A stretch of DNA of 64,000 bases. It comes from Octopus sinensis (Eukaryota). Below the pieces are notes generated by a model. It worked only from the letters and a program-made list of their open reading frames with translations. It was not told where the DNA came from and made no database searches. The stretch's first letter is position 1; every line of letters begins with the position of its first letter. The translations under genes were made by a program, and so were the position numbers. Below are positions 49,700 through 63,690 of the stretch, in pieces. The stretch lies in contig NC_042999.1 of NCBI RefSeq assembly GCF_006345805.1, forward strand, positions 115,754,001-115,818,000, written 5' to 3'.

Positions 49700-49852
49700 T
49701 GCAATTGCAGCGTGGAAGGTGTTTATAAGCCATTTAAGAAACACACAAAAGCCGTTCGATTCACTTCAACATTTAAGTTTAATTTGTGAAAATATTTTCG
49801 TCGCTAAAATCCGCGACCTGTTCACTGACAAAAATCCGTGCTACATCTGAGA
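49700..49852 (-). mobile_element. Penelope-type pLTR fragment after (TA)n
   Basis: It is embedded in (TA)n and contains a complete hammerhead-like fold; the family assignment is by inference. Confidence 0.5.
49783..49834 (-). ncRNA. Candidate type-I hammerhead ribozyme with a G3:C8 core swap
   Basis: UUUUUGUCA-GUGAACA-G-GUCGC-GGAUUUUA-GCGAC-GAAA-AUAUU-U-UCACAAA. Stem I pairs 6/7, stem II pairs 5/5, and stem III is the palindrome AAUAUU. Confidence 0.5.
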
Positions 49853-49854
49853 AA

Positions 49855-49944
49855 GGGGCCAGTCGATTAGATCGACACCAGTACGTAACTGGTACTTAAT
49901 TTATCGATTCCGAAAAGATAACATGCAGAGTCGACGTCGGCGGA
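49855..49944 (-). repeat. Exact 90-bp copy of 46965-47054 (SINE fragment with private variants)
   Basis: Identical sequence, including the non-consensus 'gataacatgcagagtcgacgtcgg'. Confidence 0.92.
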
Positions 49945-49960
49945 TTCACAGTATATATAT

Positions 49961-50051
<91 letters not shown>

Positions 50052-50059
50052 TGTGAATG

Positions 50060-50222
50060 CGCATGGCTCAGTGGATAGAGCGTAGAGCTTACGATTGGGA
50101 GGTTGTAAGTTCGATTCCCGGACCGGGCTGCGTGTTGTATTCTTGAGCAATACACTTTATTTCACGTCACTCCAGTTCACTCAGCTGTAGAAATGAGTTG
50201 CGACATCATTGGTGCCAAGCTG
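50060..50222 (+). mobile_element. SINE family C, 5' half with an intact tRNA-like head
   Basis: gcgcatggctcagtggatagagcgt..ggttgtaagttcgattcccggaccgggctgcgtgttg. Confidence 0.85.
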
Positions 50223-50395
50223 TACAACATGTCGTTTCCAAATTTTTGGCAGGGTGAATTATGCCATGGTGCTGTTTTTCTCACAGTCGGTGACAAACTG
50301 ACCCTAGTACACTGTGTATTCGACAAAATTAAAAACAAGCAAGCGCATGCGCGAAAAAATATAAAATGGTGACAATTTACCCATCGTACCCTGTA

Positions 50396-50451
<56 letters not shown>

Positions 50452-50864
50452 CATATATGGGTAGAGGATGTCACCAACAGGAAATAACATAAAATACGAA
50501 AACAAATGAGTTAAATACGCAAATAACGAGAGAAAAGAAGACAAGTAATACAAAGAATGACCATTCATAAGTTATCAGCAATCAACGACATATATATATA
50601 TATATATATATGTCGACATATATATATATATATATATATATGGATGCGCTCAGTCTGCGAAAATTATTGGCTCTTATTGTTAAATTCGTGAAATTCCCCC
50701 AAGGACACATATATAGATCTTTTTTATTTGAGTCCCTGGTTGTGTGTTCATCTTCAACTCATAGTTCAGTGCCAGCCGACCTTCTAAATGAACCAGGAAA
50801 TTATGTATTTCCATTGGAGATCATTCAATGTTAAAAGTCGGGATTAAAACTCAGCACGCAGAAG

Positions 50865-50996
50865 TCATCTCTTCTGATACACTAGGAATTTCACTAACCT
50901 ACTGCTTCGGGAAGGTACTTCATTCGTTGACCCCCGAAAGAGTGAAAGACAAAGTTGACCTCGACAGGATTTAAACTTAAAATCATCACCTTTCCA

Positions 50997-51064
<68 letters not shown>
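50865..51064 (-). mobile_element. Family-A SINE fragment followed by (GCAC)n
   Basis: tcgttgacccccgaaagagtgaaagacaaagttgacctcgacaggatttaaac. Confidence 0.7.
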
Positions 51065-51797
51065 CAAACACACACGTATGAATTTAGGAATACACATATA
51101 TATATATGCTAATGCCTATATATATATATATATAGGTAGATGTAGATAGATAGATATACCTACATACATGCGCATATATATGGGTGTTGCTATGTTTATA
51201 TATGACTTTCTAGGCATAATTTTATCATTATCTAATAAATAGTTCAGACATGAAATGGTCTTATTGGCTGTCGCAATCAGCAAAAGCATGCTTTACGAAT
51301 CTACAAATAGTTTCATAAGTACTACTATTTGTGTATTAATACGCTGTAAATAACTATTTTCTGTTTGCTTGATTTTAGATATAAAGGGAAACGTTGTTTT
51401 TAAATACGAAGTGAAGTGAAAGTTTGAACTAGATTCCAAAATCCGGATTATGGACTCTGTTAAGATATTGCTTCTATTCTATGGTGTTCACAGACAGAAA
51501 TAGAACATTAAACAAAAATGAAAGGCCGATGTGGAGACTAGTATCCTGAAATTAGAATAATATCGTGTGCATTCAAATAATATGTAAATTTATGTATATT
51601 TATTCAATACAAGTTCGATAATCGTTTACATTCTGCAAACCAATGCATTATGCGAAATGCTTGACTGATCTTTGCGTTTCTATTTTCAAAAAAAAATTAT
51701 ATACCCTAATACTCATGGAAATAGAATTATGAATATAGCCTATTTTGTTATCGTGGGAACATCTTTCGTGTGCTGTTTTAGAAAATCTAACTTTCAT

Positions 51798-51834
<37 letters not shown>

Positions 51835-52279
51835 CATTATCATTCTTCAATAGAAACCATTCTACTAGTTACAAAAACCTAATCAAATGAAGCATTCCCC
51901 AAACTCAAACAAAAGACAGAAGAATCGAGGTTATTATACATGCATATCTTCTCAAAACGAGCAACATTTTAGTATATTTTTCCTTGCACACAATGAGTAG
52001 TTTCATAATGTGTTCCATCCGGAAGTAGATATTCTACACTTGTAGCAAAAACTAATAGTTTCTTAAAGATAAACCTCGGTATAAACATTTTTAGTTCTTT
52101 CGTACGTTTCCCCATTGCAGTTATTTGGAAGTCAGCATTATTTAATCATTTAAATATTACATAGTTTTCACATAATCTGATCTGAATAATGATATGGAAC
52201 ACGAATGAGATCCACGAATGAGTCTTGTAATACTTCGAGTCTAAGTTAAAGTGGTGACCTGACGGAATATTGGTTTCAA

Positions 52280-52690
52280 ATTTCAGCACAAGCTAGTAAT
52301 TTGGGAGGAGGGAGTAAGTCTATTACACGACTTCAGTATTTAACTAGTACAAGATAAAAGGCAAAGTCAACCTTGGCAAATTTTGAACTCATACTGTAAT
52401 GCCGGAATAGATGCCACTAAGCATTTTGTCCGCATTGCTAACAATTCTGCCATTCGCCACCGTCCGTTCATAAAACAATCTTTTCTACAATAGGCACAAG
52501 GTCTGAAATTTTGGCCGAGGAGGCTGTTTATCTGCATCAACCTAAATGCTCAGCTGATACTTATTTCATCGACTTCGAAAGGATGAAAGGCCAAGTTGAC
52601 CTCTGTAGAATTTAAATTCAGAATGTGAAGACGGACGAAATGCCGTTAAGCATTTCGTCTGGCGTGCTAACGATCCTACTAGCTCACTGC
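52280..52690 (-). mobile_element. Two tandem degenerate family-A SINEs
   Basis: Repeated 'aaaggc(c)aaagt(c/t)(a/g)acct..aatt..aactca' and 'gcattt..gc..gctaac' blocks. Confidence 0.75.
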
Positions 52691-53189
52691 GTAAAATAAT
52701 GCTGTAAAAGAGGAGGAGCATATGAAATGTATCCTTATAGTTAGTGGTTCAATATGTTAATTATACTGACATTATACCAGTATGATTGACATGTGAGGTA
52801 TATGACCTATTGTATCTTGGAACTACTCAAGTAAATAGAAAATTGGAGGAACATAGTTTTGTAAGTTAAAGAGAATAGCAGTCAAGTCCATCAGTTAGTT
52901 TAATTAACAGTACAGAAATCTCTAGCCATAAGTATTATACCAATATTAGAAATCAATAATTTCCTAACTGCTATTGTCATTAATGAGACTTATGGTACTA
53001 AATATATTGTTCTTTATCAAGCTTTGATAGAGTTTGAAGTATTGATGAAAGATTGTAGTGGTGTCCAATAACTTAAATAGTTTATTAATTTCGTGCAACC
53101 ATAGCTCTTCTTGAGAACCGCCACGAATATGGATCGTCTATAAATGTATATATTTAAAAAAAAATTATTATTTTATTTTTGCTGGACTG

Positions 53190-53520
53190 TAGCCATGCTA
53201 GAATGCCGCGTGAAGGGTTTGGCCGTGCAAATCGACCTTAGAACTTACTTTTAAAGTCTGGTACATATTAACTTGATTTTTTTTTACCGAATCGTTGGGT
53301 TACGGAAACGTAAATAACCATCACCGGTTGTCAAGTGTTGAGTAGAGGTGAGGGCAAATACAAAAGCAAAATACACATATGCACACATGTAAAATGTGCT
53401 TTCATATAGTTTCTGTCTACCGAATCCACTCACAAGGCATTGGTCGACCGGGGCTATCGTAGAAAGCATTGCCCAAAGTCCGCGCAGTGGAAATGAACCT
53501 AAAACTATGTGACAGCTATG
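53190..53520 (-). mobile_element. SINE family B (degenerate)
   Basis: agtttctgtctaccgaatccactcacaaggcattggtcgaccgggctat. Confidence 0.8.
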
Positions 53521-56355
53521 CCTGCGCCTGAGTAATTTATTTTGCTTTATTACTTTTTTTGTTCTTGCGGTGCGATATTCGGTAAAATAAGTTAGCATCA
53601 AATACTTGAAGCAATGTAATAGACTAACTCTGTACTAACGGAATTACTGGCTTTGTGCCTAAATTAGAAGCAATGATTATAATCCAGGTGAGATCAATTT
53701 TGACTTTTCTATTACCTGTTTTGCTAAAATAACTTCTTATCACGTAATCGATTATACTGTGCCACTAAAAGATGTGGTCTTCAACCTTTGCAGGTTACCC
53801 TCCCAAATCTATTGTCCTTTTTGCCGCATTACTTTTACCAGCAATACGACAAAAGATAGTGGATTGATAAGATCATTAGAGTATCAGGCAAAATGCTATG
53901 CAGTGTCTTTTCCGACTCTTTAAATTCCGTGTTCAAATTTTGCCAAGGTCATCTTCGCTTTTCATCCCAATGAAGTACCAATCAAGTACTAATATCGATT
54001 TAATTACCTACTGTGATTTTTACCAAATTTTGACCTTGTGACAATGTTAGAAACATTGTCTCACGGTCACAAATTTGGAAAAAAAAAATAAAGTGGATGG
54101 CAGAACTGGAAGAGCATCGAACAAAATGCAATGCTTGCGACCCTTTACACTCTGAGTTCAAATTCATCACACATCAACTTTGCTTAGTCATCCTTCTGAC
54201 GTTGTTGTTTAATTCTAGATAGCCTCACTTATCGAGCAGGCCTATGATCAAAGGCGTTTTAGACGAGATGAAATATTTTTAATTTTAGTTTTCCTTTAAG
54301 ATAGTTCACTAGATGACCGAATTTGTCCCACCTTCTTTAAGGCATTAGACTGTGATTTGTGAGAAATTCGTTTGATATTTTTATTAAATATCTAGTACTG
54401 TGGTCAATTTCATTGATTCCTCGCCGTACAAAATAACCTGTGGCCATCCTTTGCTTGTTTTAAGGGAACTTTGTTAATATGGGGGAGAAATGGTGGAATG
54501 TGAGATGTTTTTCCATTATTCTATTTCCTTTAATATCGATTGTGCCTTCCATCTCTCCAGAGTCAACAAAATTAGTGACATGGGTCAACTCAGGCCTTCA
54601 AATATAACCATATTCAGAGATGTTTATCACCAAAAACTGGTCTTAATATTTTCCTTGTACTTTAATCAACTCTTAGTTTCCTAAGTCCTTCCACTCAATT
54701 ACATGATGCGGCCTAGATTGAAAACATAATTTTCCTATGAAAAATGTAGACATTCGAAGCAGGAGGTGTCAACTGCAGTTATCAACCATAATAACATGAG
54801 TAATAGCTAGATGTAATTTGCAATGTATTAGCTTCAGCCTGTAGTCATTGATTTCACTGAAGTGATTAATGCAGTGGTTTTATAACAAGGGAATATAGTT
54901 ATATGAATTAAAATAGTTAAGTATACTATATTTTGTTGTAATTTGATATCTATATATATATATATTCTTATCGGAGGAATGGAATTTGATTAGTTTAGAC
55001 GTCTTTGATTATGAAATATCGCGTAACTGGATTTATTTGTAAATGGAATGTTATTGATTTAAATTTGTTTGTATACGGAATCAGTTTACATTAAACGATA
55101 AGTTATTGTAATAATTGAGGATTCACTGCACAGCTCCGATAACTTTACTTTACAGAAATGAAGCCATACTTCATTTGTGATATCAGTATCTGACTACACG
55201 CAAAGGACTTATTTATTATATTGAGTAGGTAAAAATATTACTGCAACAGCCATATGTATCTTTTCAGAGAGAATTAGTGAATTAGTTTCTGTGAACGGAA
55301 ACCAAATTGTTTATCGACTTAACAATGTACTGTTACAAACTACCACTTCAGTATATGAGATATCATTGATAAAAATCAACACATCTTGCTGTTTTACTAC
55401 AAGCTTTTAGTTTTAAGGAAACTGCTTTTCAGCAGATCACAATGTTGATTGAATGTCGTGCGGAAATTTCATTAGCAAGAGTTGTGAATAAATATTATAA
55501 TTGAATATCAAACATTTTAGAATTATTATTTTTTCTATTAAAAACTGAATGCAAAACATCAAAGTGCTGATGCTAATAATTATGGGCATGATGATAATCT
55601 TGTTACGATTGTAATGACGATGATAGTGATGATAAGGATAATGACGATGATGACGATGATGATGATAATAATAAGGATGCGATGATGATGAAAACGATTA
55701 TGATGATCATCATTATTCTCGTCCTCCTGCTACTCTTCTCCTTTTCCTCCTCCTTGTCTACCATCTCATCCTCCTTTCTTCATTGTCATCATCATCCTCA
55801 TCGCCGTCTTCAACGAAATTACTATTGTCACATCTTTACTCCTGTCTTTTGGTTTTCTTTTATCGATAAAATAAATACCAGTAATTGTTTGGAAGCAATC
55901 AAATCATTCAGCATTCCTTCTCCGAAAATATGTAGAGCTATGTGAATTAATGAAATTCCTCTTTTCTTCCTCCTCCTCCACATCATCAATTTGCTCTATG
56001 ACCTCCACTACCCTCATCAAAGTGGAGCACTGAACAAACTGTCCTACACCAGGAAGTGTTTAAATACATAATTTACGTATTTGAGTCCAAATATCACCGA
56101 TGTGAACTTTGCCTTTCGTTTTACATATTGTGCGGCAATAAATAAGAATCAAGTATCATTATCGATTAAATATTATACACTCATTCAACTTATTTTAATA
56201 TAAATACCTTAAAAAACAGGGCTACTTCATGAAGTACAAGGCTAACAAAATGCATTTAAAGCAATATATACAGACTAGAACGGTTTTGACTTTCACATAT
56301 TGCCAATAGAAAAATATAATTAAATAGAAGTGGCGCTTCCATTATTTTTCCAACC

Positions 56356-56388
<33 letters not shown>

Positions 56389-56859
56389 AAAGCATATTGA
56401 TCGAAAGGCAAATTATTCTATAATACATTAGTCGAAAGAAAAACCAGAATATTCATCGAAATATCTAAAAAGAAATTGATGAGAATCACTGATAAATTAT
56501 ATATGTTTTTAATAATAGTCTCATTTCAACCCATGTCATCTCTGATCAAGCGCGTCTTTCCTCAAAGACATTCCACTACGGTTTTTCTATATTTTTCGAA
56601 GAATATGACTTCGATTTTGATCATTTTATCTTTCGGTCAACAAATAAGATCCACCTGATGAGCTTCTTTACAGTTTCCTCTCCCACAGTGTCACTTACAA
56701 GGTATCGGTCAACCCGAGGTTAGGGAAATGGTAATTGCCCAAGCTGCCGCACAGTGCGATCGAATCCGGCGCGTCGTGATTGTATAACAAACATAGACCG
56801 TATTGCGCTTACAATGTAAATTCATGTGTGTATGTGTGTGTGTATTTGTGTGCATGAGT

Positions 56860-56898
<39 letters not shown>

Positions 56899-58989
56899 GT
56901 CTGCTTCCAGTATATCTTTCTGCATCTTTGTCATTCATATTCAGGCTACTGACAGTTCTGGATTACTTATGTTAGCTTATTTTCGTCTTGTGCAAATTAT
57001 GCAAATCAATAGATGTTTTTGTATTTCTCTAACCCTCATGTCCGGCTGGAATCAAAATCGATTAATTGCTGAGCTGATGACGTTAGTTGAAGCAGAAACA
57101 CGTAACTTGTCTTTTTAAGAAAACTACACTTGCGTGATTATTCTGAAGAACAGTTGATACATTGAAGTTATCTCGCCTTTTCAATTACTGCTAGGCGTTT
57201 ATTTACCTTTTTCTAAGCAAATATTGATTCAATAATTCTAAAATTTATCTCGCATAATACTTAATATATCTTTCGCCGTTTTCTGTTATCCAAAATCCTG
57301 CCGCATACACTCATGTATGTGTGTGTATAAAGGACATCATAGACACAGTTTTCAATTATCTTCCCTCACCTTACAACAAACGCTGAAGCCACCATTACTA
57401 ATGACTTTAAAATGTTTCAGATAACTGGAGTCACTATATTTTATAATTTGCTATGTTCACTTTAAAATTATGATACTTTCGTTAATAAAAGTTAGTTCAA
57501 TTTTTTTTTCTTTTCTTTTTTTCCTTTTACATATTTTTCGATGAATATGACTTTCGATTAACTTGATTTTGACTGACATGACTTCGATCAATTTATTATT
57601 CTGCATATTTATTTTTTCAACCAATTTTATTTTCGCTGTCTATGCTTAATGCCATGTGCGTGTCTGATTTGACTGGTAGGAAAAAGATAACAGCTATATC
57701 TCCTTCAAACAATACCAACCTTCTTATGAATAGAGAGATACGTTGGATAGCTGAGTTCTAGTTATACAAAAGATGTGCTGATCATGACGGGAACGCCTCT
57801 GGTCAAAGATCTGTCTAGTAAAACTGACCCCGTGTCAAAATACAAAAGCAATAGCAACACAAACCAAGAAGAAAGGCTCAGCGAGATGTCCAATTGACTA
57901 GAAGCAATAGCTAAGTTTTGTTTATGGCGCACACAACTATCTTAGAAAATAAAACTTGCCATTACATTAGCTAATGCCTAATTACCTAATGAATGCTTCC
58001 TGTTTTAAGACAATAGAGGTTCGGCTCTTTATCTATCAAATCGGTGGATGAGTAGAAGATTTTTTACTGGCTCGCAGTGACATCTGTAATTTTCACAGCA
58101 AATATTTTCATTTCAGTGTAAATATTTGATTTTACTGTCTTTGCGTCGGAACTACGTAGTTTTAATTACATTTACGATAACATAAACATATGTGAGTTAG
58201 ATTGACATTATTACAGAATACTTAATAGCAAAAGAAGACCTGTAGTTTGAGAGGAGAGCTGTAGTGTTGGGGTAGAATAGCAGTGTGGGTGTGGAGCTGT
58301 AGTGTGGGAGTAAAGTTTGGATTGTATGTGTATTTAGTTATATCTGACTAAATACGACAGAAATCAAAGAAATTTGTCTCCCCCGTTGGTCTTGAAATTA
58401 TCTATCCTATTAAGTCATATTGTTTACATCAATTGACAGCCTTAGTCCTAAGGGAGATTAATATTGATTATGCATTCTAAAGTATTTAACTTACTGAAAC
58501 GTCTAAATGTGGATAATATTCTGATCGATCACAATGGAACATTGAGCATGGAAGAAGTATTCGGTAAACTAATTTCTGTTCTATGAATAATGATAAGTGC
58601 AGACTTGGCTGTGTAGTTAAGAAGTTTATTACCGACTGTATTTTCCCCACGTCGATCATATCACTGCGCAGCACCTTGGCAAGTGCATTCTACTATAGCA
58701 TTGATTGAGCAATATACATTTGATAGGCGTAAACTGTGCATAAGCACATGTGTATGCATGTTGGTCTTTGTTAACTTTTTCAGTAAAAGGGACTTTTTTA
58801 TGTCGTGTCTCTTTCGTAACTTGGTGACAAATACATATCGATAAATAAAGTTCTCTAGAAGATGGTACCCTTACATTACTGATTAAGTCAATTGAAATAT
58901 TATACTAAAGAGGTATAAACGAGAAATGAAATCAAATCCCGGGGACTCAACTAGCCTTTGCTTTGTGAGGCTACAACCTCTTTATTAAT

Positions 58990-59390
58990 ATTGGTTTCAA
59001 ATTTTGGCACAAGGCCAGTAATTTCGGGGGAGGGTAGTTGATTACATCAATCCCAGTGACTCCGAAACGAAAGGCAAAGTCAACCTCGGTGGGAATCTGC
59101 TCTCAGAACACAAAGACGGACGAAATACCACTAAACAGCGATTCTGCTACCTCGCCGCCTTAATCATTTTATTAATATCAATTTTTGACTTTAGGAAGAA
59201 GGTTATTAATTTTGAGTGCAGGGATTTAGACGATTAAGTTGATCCTAGAACTTAAAAGGTAGTTTATCTTATGTTCACGGGGGGAATGAAAGGTAAAGTT
59301 GACCGCAGAGGGTTTGAACTCAGAACGTGCCCGAAGAAATAGCATAGGGTATTTTATCCAACGTGCAAACGAATTTACCACTCTGCCACT
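58990..59390 (-). mobile_element. Two tandem degenerate family-A SINEs
   Basis: ttggcacaaggccagtaatttcggggg..gcaaagtcaacctcgg; aaaggtaaagttgacc..gaactcagaacgt. Confidence 0.7.
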
Positions 59391-60879
59391 CGACTGCACT
59401 TCACTCTATTTTAATCCAAGTATTAACTAAACATTTCATCCCTTTTGCAAGTATTTCTCATGTAGATGGCGCTTAACAGTTATTTAACCTTTAAACAATT
59501 AGCTTTCTCTTTGTCAACAAATTCATAATTTAGTATATTTACTTACTGACTCAAGAGCTAGCACTTTGAAATATATATGTGATTGCAATTCAGCTAACGA
59601 TTTCAAATACAAGTAAAACATTTCGAATTATCCCCTTTACTTATTGATGAAAGAATATCTGTCACTAACTATTAATACTTTTAATTTTGTATCACTTTTT
59701 TATCGTACTTTTACTTTTTTGATATTCTAAGAATTTAACACCATTTCACCCTCTTAACTATTATAATATTGATTTCATACGCATGTGTAGATACACTGAA
59801 TTATAATAGTTATTGAAGAGAGAAATGAGAGTGTGTGACATTCATGTCTTTCTCAAGAGTATTAGCAAAATTAATGTAAAGTCTTCAACCATAATTTTAA
59901 ATTACATTGTGGAATTAGCTCACCACGTAATCATTTTTTTATTACTAACAGTAATTAAAATTATACGCTTAGAGAAATGTTTACTCTAAATTCATAATTG
60001 TATTATTTTTCGAGAATATTTCCCCCTGTACCAGCTAATATTTTCAGATAATTCAATTTTCTAATTGACTCTGCACTTGGCTTTCAGATATTTTATTTTT
60101 ATTTTACAAAAAAAAAAAATAATAATGATATTCGAATGATTGAAAAGCAGCTAAATTGATGCATTATATCTCCTAACGTTTCTAGAGGCAATTAAAAGAA
60201 CCAATCACTATTTAAGTACTTGGTGGTGTATTTTAATGAAATATCTTTCTGTGCAAAAGGAATAAATGAAGTGTATTATGAAAAGGAAACCACTCCCGAA
60301 GTATTAACATCATCACTCATTATATGTCAAATACAATTTCGAAATACAAGCCAGTTTGTAATTGTTTTTATGTATGATGTTATAGGTGTAGGCTTTAAGG
60401 TAAAAATAAGCTTCTAGCGTACTGAATTTATAGCTGGGTTTCAATCTCAGGTCATAACCATATGACCTACACTTGCAGTCATTACGCCCTGGAGAAATGC
60501 GCAAGCAGATTAAACAAATATTCCTTCATCGTCATTTGTGCTGTGGCTTCAACGTTAGAATTAGATTTAGAAGAGTCAAAATATTAAATATATCATTGTT
60601 TTAACTTCTGTTTTCCCAATTTTACGAGGGCCTGACGGAATTCTCTGAGGCAAATTTTCTACTAGTCGGATACCTTTCCTGTTGCCAATTCTCATTTTTT
60701 AAAATAAGTTTTCACAGAAGTTTGGAAATTAATGACACCACTTGTATGATGGTGTCATACATTTACAAGTATCACGCGATGTAAAAACAAATACACACAC
60801 ACTCACGCACAAAGATACACATACACAGATATACATTTACATGTGCTCGCGCGTGTGTGTATATATATTTATAGGGTAA

Positions 60880-61380
60880 AGACCCCTTTCGGTCCTGAAT
60901 GACTATGGGATTGCACCTAGAAAGTTACTCTCCGAGGTACAAGTCCAGGCAAGGTTGTTTATGGAAGACCAGCATAACAGCCTCCCCTCTCTACACCACC
61001 GATGTTATCCAAGGGAAAAGTAAAGGCCGATATAGCTTGGCATCAGTGATATCGCTACTCATTTCAACAGGTGAGTGAACTGGAGCAACGTGAAATAAAG
61101 TGTGTTGCTCAAGAACACATCACACAGCCCGGTCCGGGAATCGTACTCGCAACTTCATAATTGTGAACTCAACGCTCTAACTACTGGTTCATGCGATATA
61201 CATACACGACAGGCTTCTCCCAGTTTCATTCTACTAAATCCACTCTAGAAGCTTTAGTCGCCCCGGGACTACAGTAGAACACATTTGCCCAAGGTCCCAC
61301 GTAGAGGGACTAAATCTGAAACTATGCGGCTGAGAAGTAATCTTCATTAATCTTTGTAACTACATAGCTGCGCCTACCTC
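60880..61380 (-). mobile_element. SINE family C (60880-61195) followed by a family-B head (61205-61380)
   Basis: ccctttcggtcctgaatgactatgggattgcacctagaaagtt..; cagtttcattctactaaatccactc..catttgcccaaggt. Confidence 0.8.
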
Positions 61381-62297
61381 TAACAACAGGAAACAAATTC
61401 ATTAAATAAATTGGATGACATAAAACGTCATATAATTTTATTTTCTTTCCTTATAACAGTGAGATTTCGTATGTTTAAGAAATCAATATATCAATATCTT
61501 CAATTTCTTTTAGCTGAAACACCAGATGTAGTCCCGGAAATCCAACTTTAGATAATTGTAAGTGAATTTAGTGATAATTTGAATATTGAGACAGTTAAAA
61601 AAGTTAAATGTTTAGTGAAGAAAAAAAATTAAAAAACGATTATTTATCAATGGCTCAATTTTTTCACCTTACCAGCAATTACAGGGAACATATGCGGATG
61701 AATTTAAGTCCTATTCTGAGACCATCACCAAAGCATCACCTGAAACGCATGATCTCTCAATTTGTCTTTTTTAATGTGATTTTATATATGTTGACCTTTT
61801 TCTATCCTTATGAAGTCTTTTTTTTTTCTTTTGTAGTAATAGTGTTCATTTTTAGTTCTAAATTGTGGTTGGTCTGTCTGCGATTGTTATTCGGGTTATA
61901 GTTCATGTTTCTATGTGTATGTTAGGATCCTCAGTTCTGGGAGTTATTCTGTCTTGAAACAAAAAAAAAAAACAAGGGTTTTAATTTCTCTTGTAGGGTT
62001 GCTGCGTTGTCGAAATATTTTAGAATTAATGTTATTGTAGTCGTGTCCTCAGTGGTTATAACTTTGATTGTGACGGCGTATAGCCTAGTGGTTAGGATAT
62101 AGTACTGGCGATCACGAGATCGTGGTTTCAATTCCTGGACCGAGTGATGCGTTGTGTTCCTGAGCAAACTACTTCACCTCACGTTGCTCTGCGACTATTT
62201 TGGCACCTGACGTGTAGTATACCACTAACCTGTTCGAGCAACATCAATGTTATGGACGGAATGAGCTACAGTGCAGCACAAACATTGATCATCATGA

Positions 62298-62530
62298 AGG
62301 TGGCGAGCTGGCAGAAACGTTAGCACGCCTGGCGAAATGCTTAGTGGTATTTCGTCTGCCGTTACGTTCTGAGTTCAAATTCTGCCGAGGTCGACTTTTC
62401 CCTTCATCCTTTCGGGGTCGATAAATTAAGTACCAGTTACGCACTGGGGTCGATGTAATCGACTTAATCCATTTGTCTGTTCTTGTTTGTCCACTCTATG
62501 TTTAGCCCCTTGTGGGCAATAAAGAAATAA
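62298..62530 (+). mobile_element. Young full-length family-A SINE inserted into an older tRNA-headed repeat (head at ~62074)
   Basis: TSD-like aac(a/g)ttgatcatcat(g/a)aa at 62281-62298 and 62533-62550. The head is ggtggcgagctggcagaaacgttagcacg. Confidence 0.9.
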
Positions 62531-63141
62531 CAAACGTTGATCATCATAAACAAGTCATTTCTGCAGTGTATTCAGCAAGAAATTGTAGAAGCGTCTTTCT
62601 TGGACTACGCGAGACCACCATCATAAATTTGATGTGAAATTACCGGTAGATATGGTTCTAAACAAACTGTACAAGTGGTCACATAGAAGAGAACTGAGTA
62701 ACCTTTACGATGTGCGAAGTGAAAGCCATATATTGGAATTTTGTAGAAACTATTACTTATAGGGAGCTGAGTGCTCTGTCATCACATGGTATCATATATA
62801 TATTTAAAATAATGGTTCTCGAAGCACATCACATACAGCTACAAAGAATAGCATGCAAAAACATACACGTTTGTACATATATCATACATACATATATAAA
62901 TACATATGTATATGTATGCATGTATCCGTGTGTGTGTGTATGTGTGTGTGTATGTATCTGTGTGCATTGAAGTTATAAGAATTTAGGAACTTGGAGAGAT
63001 CGAGAAATAATCTACCAAGAGCATACAATTCTCGCTCGTAAGTATAAAGTTTTTAAAAAGGTATTGTGTGCATCAGCGTGTGTAAATGCAAACGAGCTGG
63101 TAGTACAATTTCCATAGTTTTGTGCATGCGTGACCCCCTTC

Positions 63142-63229
<88 letters not shown>

Positions 63230-63339
63230 AATATATGCGTGTGGGGGTATGCATGTGTGTGTGCGCGCGCGAAGTTCTGTGCGCATGAGTGTAAGTGTGT
63301 GCGTACGCGGCTATATGTGGCTGGACTCTTACTATCCAT

Positions 63340-63690
63340 TTATGTGTTCGAGTCTGAATACTGTTATTTACAAGCTTCTCTTTGCGATCACTGGCCTGGT
63401 TAAAAAAGACTCCACTCATCCTTAACTGGTCATTCCTTCCCGTTCTAACTCTTCCTTCTTTATTCTTTCTATTGTCTTACCAGCCTATCCATCCTCAAAT
63501 TCTCTATTTCTTTCTCTCTGATCACATCTTTCTACTTATGCGCAGCTGCCCACTCCCTTTGTTCTTTCCTATTATTCTCCTCTGTATCTAAATCCTCGTA
63601 GACAAAGTTGATGAAGACTTTTTTTACTTTCTCTTTATCCTTGAAGAACTTTATCTGATTATCTGAAACGTCGAAAAAACTTTCCTAACG
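63340..63690 (+). mobile_element. Possible Penelope 3' remnant with a degenerate hammerhead-like end
   Basis: actggtcattc is shared with ~38341. A pyrimidine-rich tail is followed by ttgaaga..tgaaacgtc (63641-63673). Confidence 0.3.

Noticed and set aside
28681-55400. Plus-strand exon-like segments at ~28681-28726 and ~55268-55400
   Set aside because: They are short and isolated, with no recognisable homology or partner exons.
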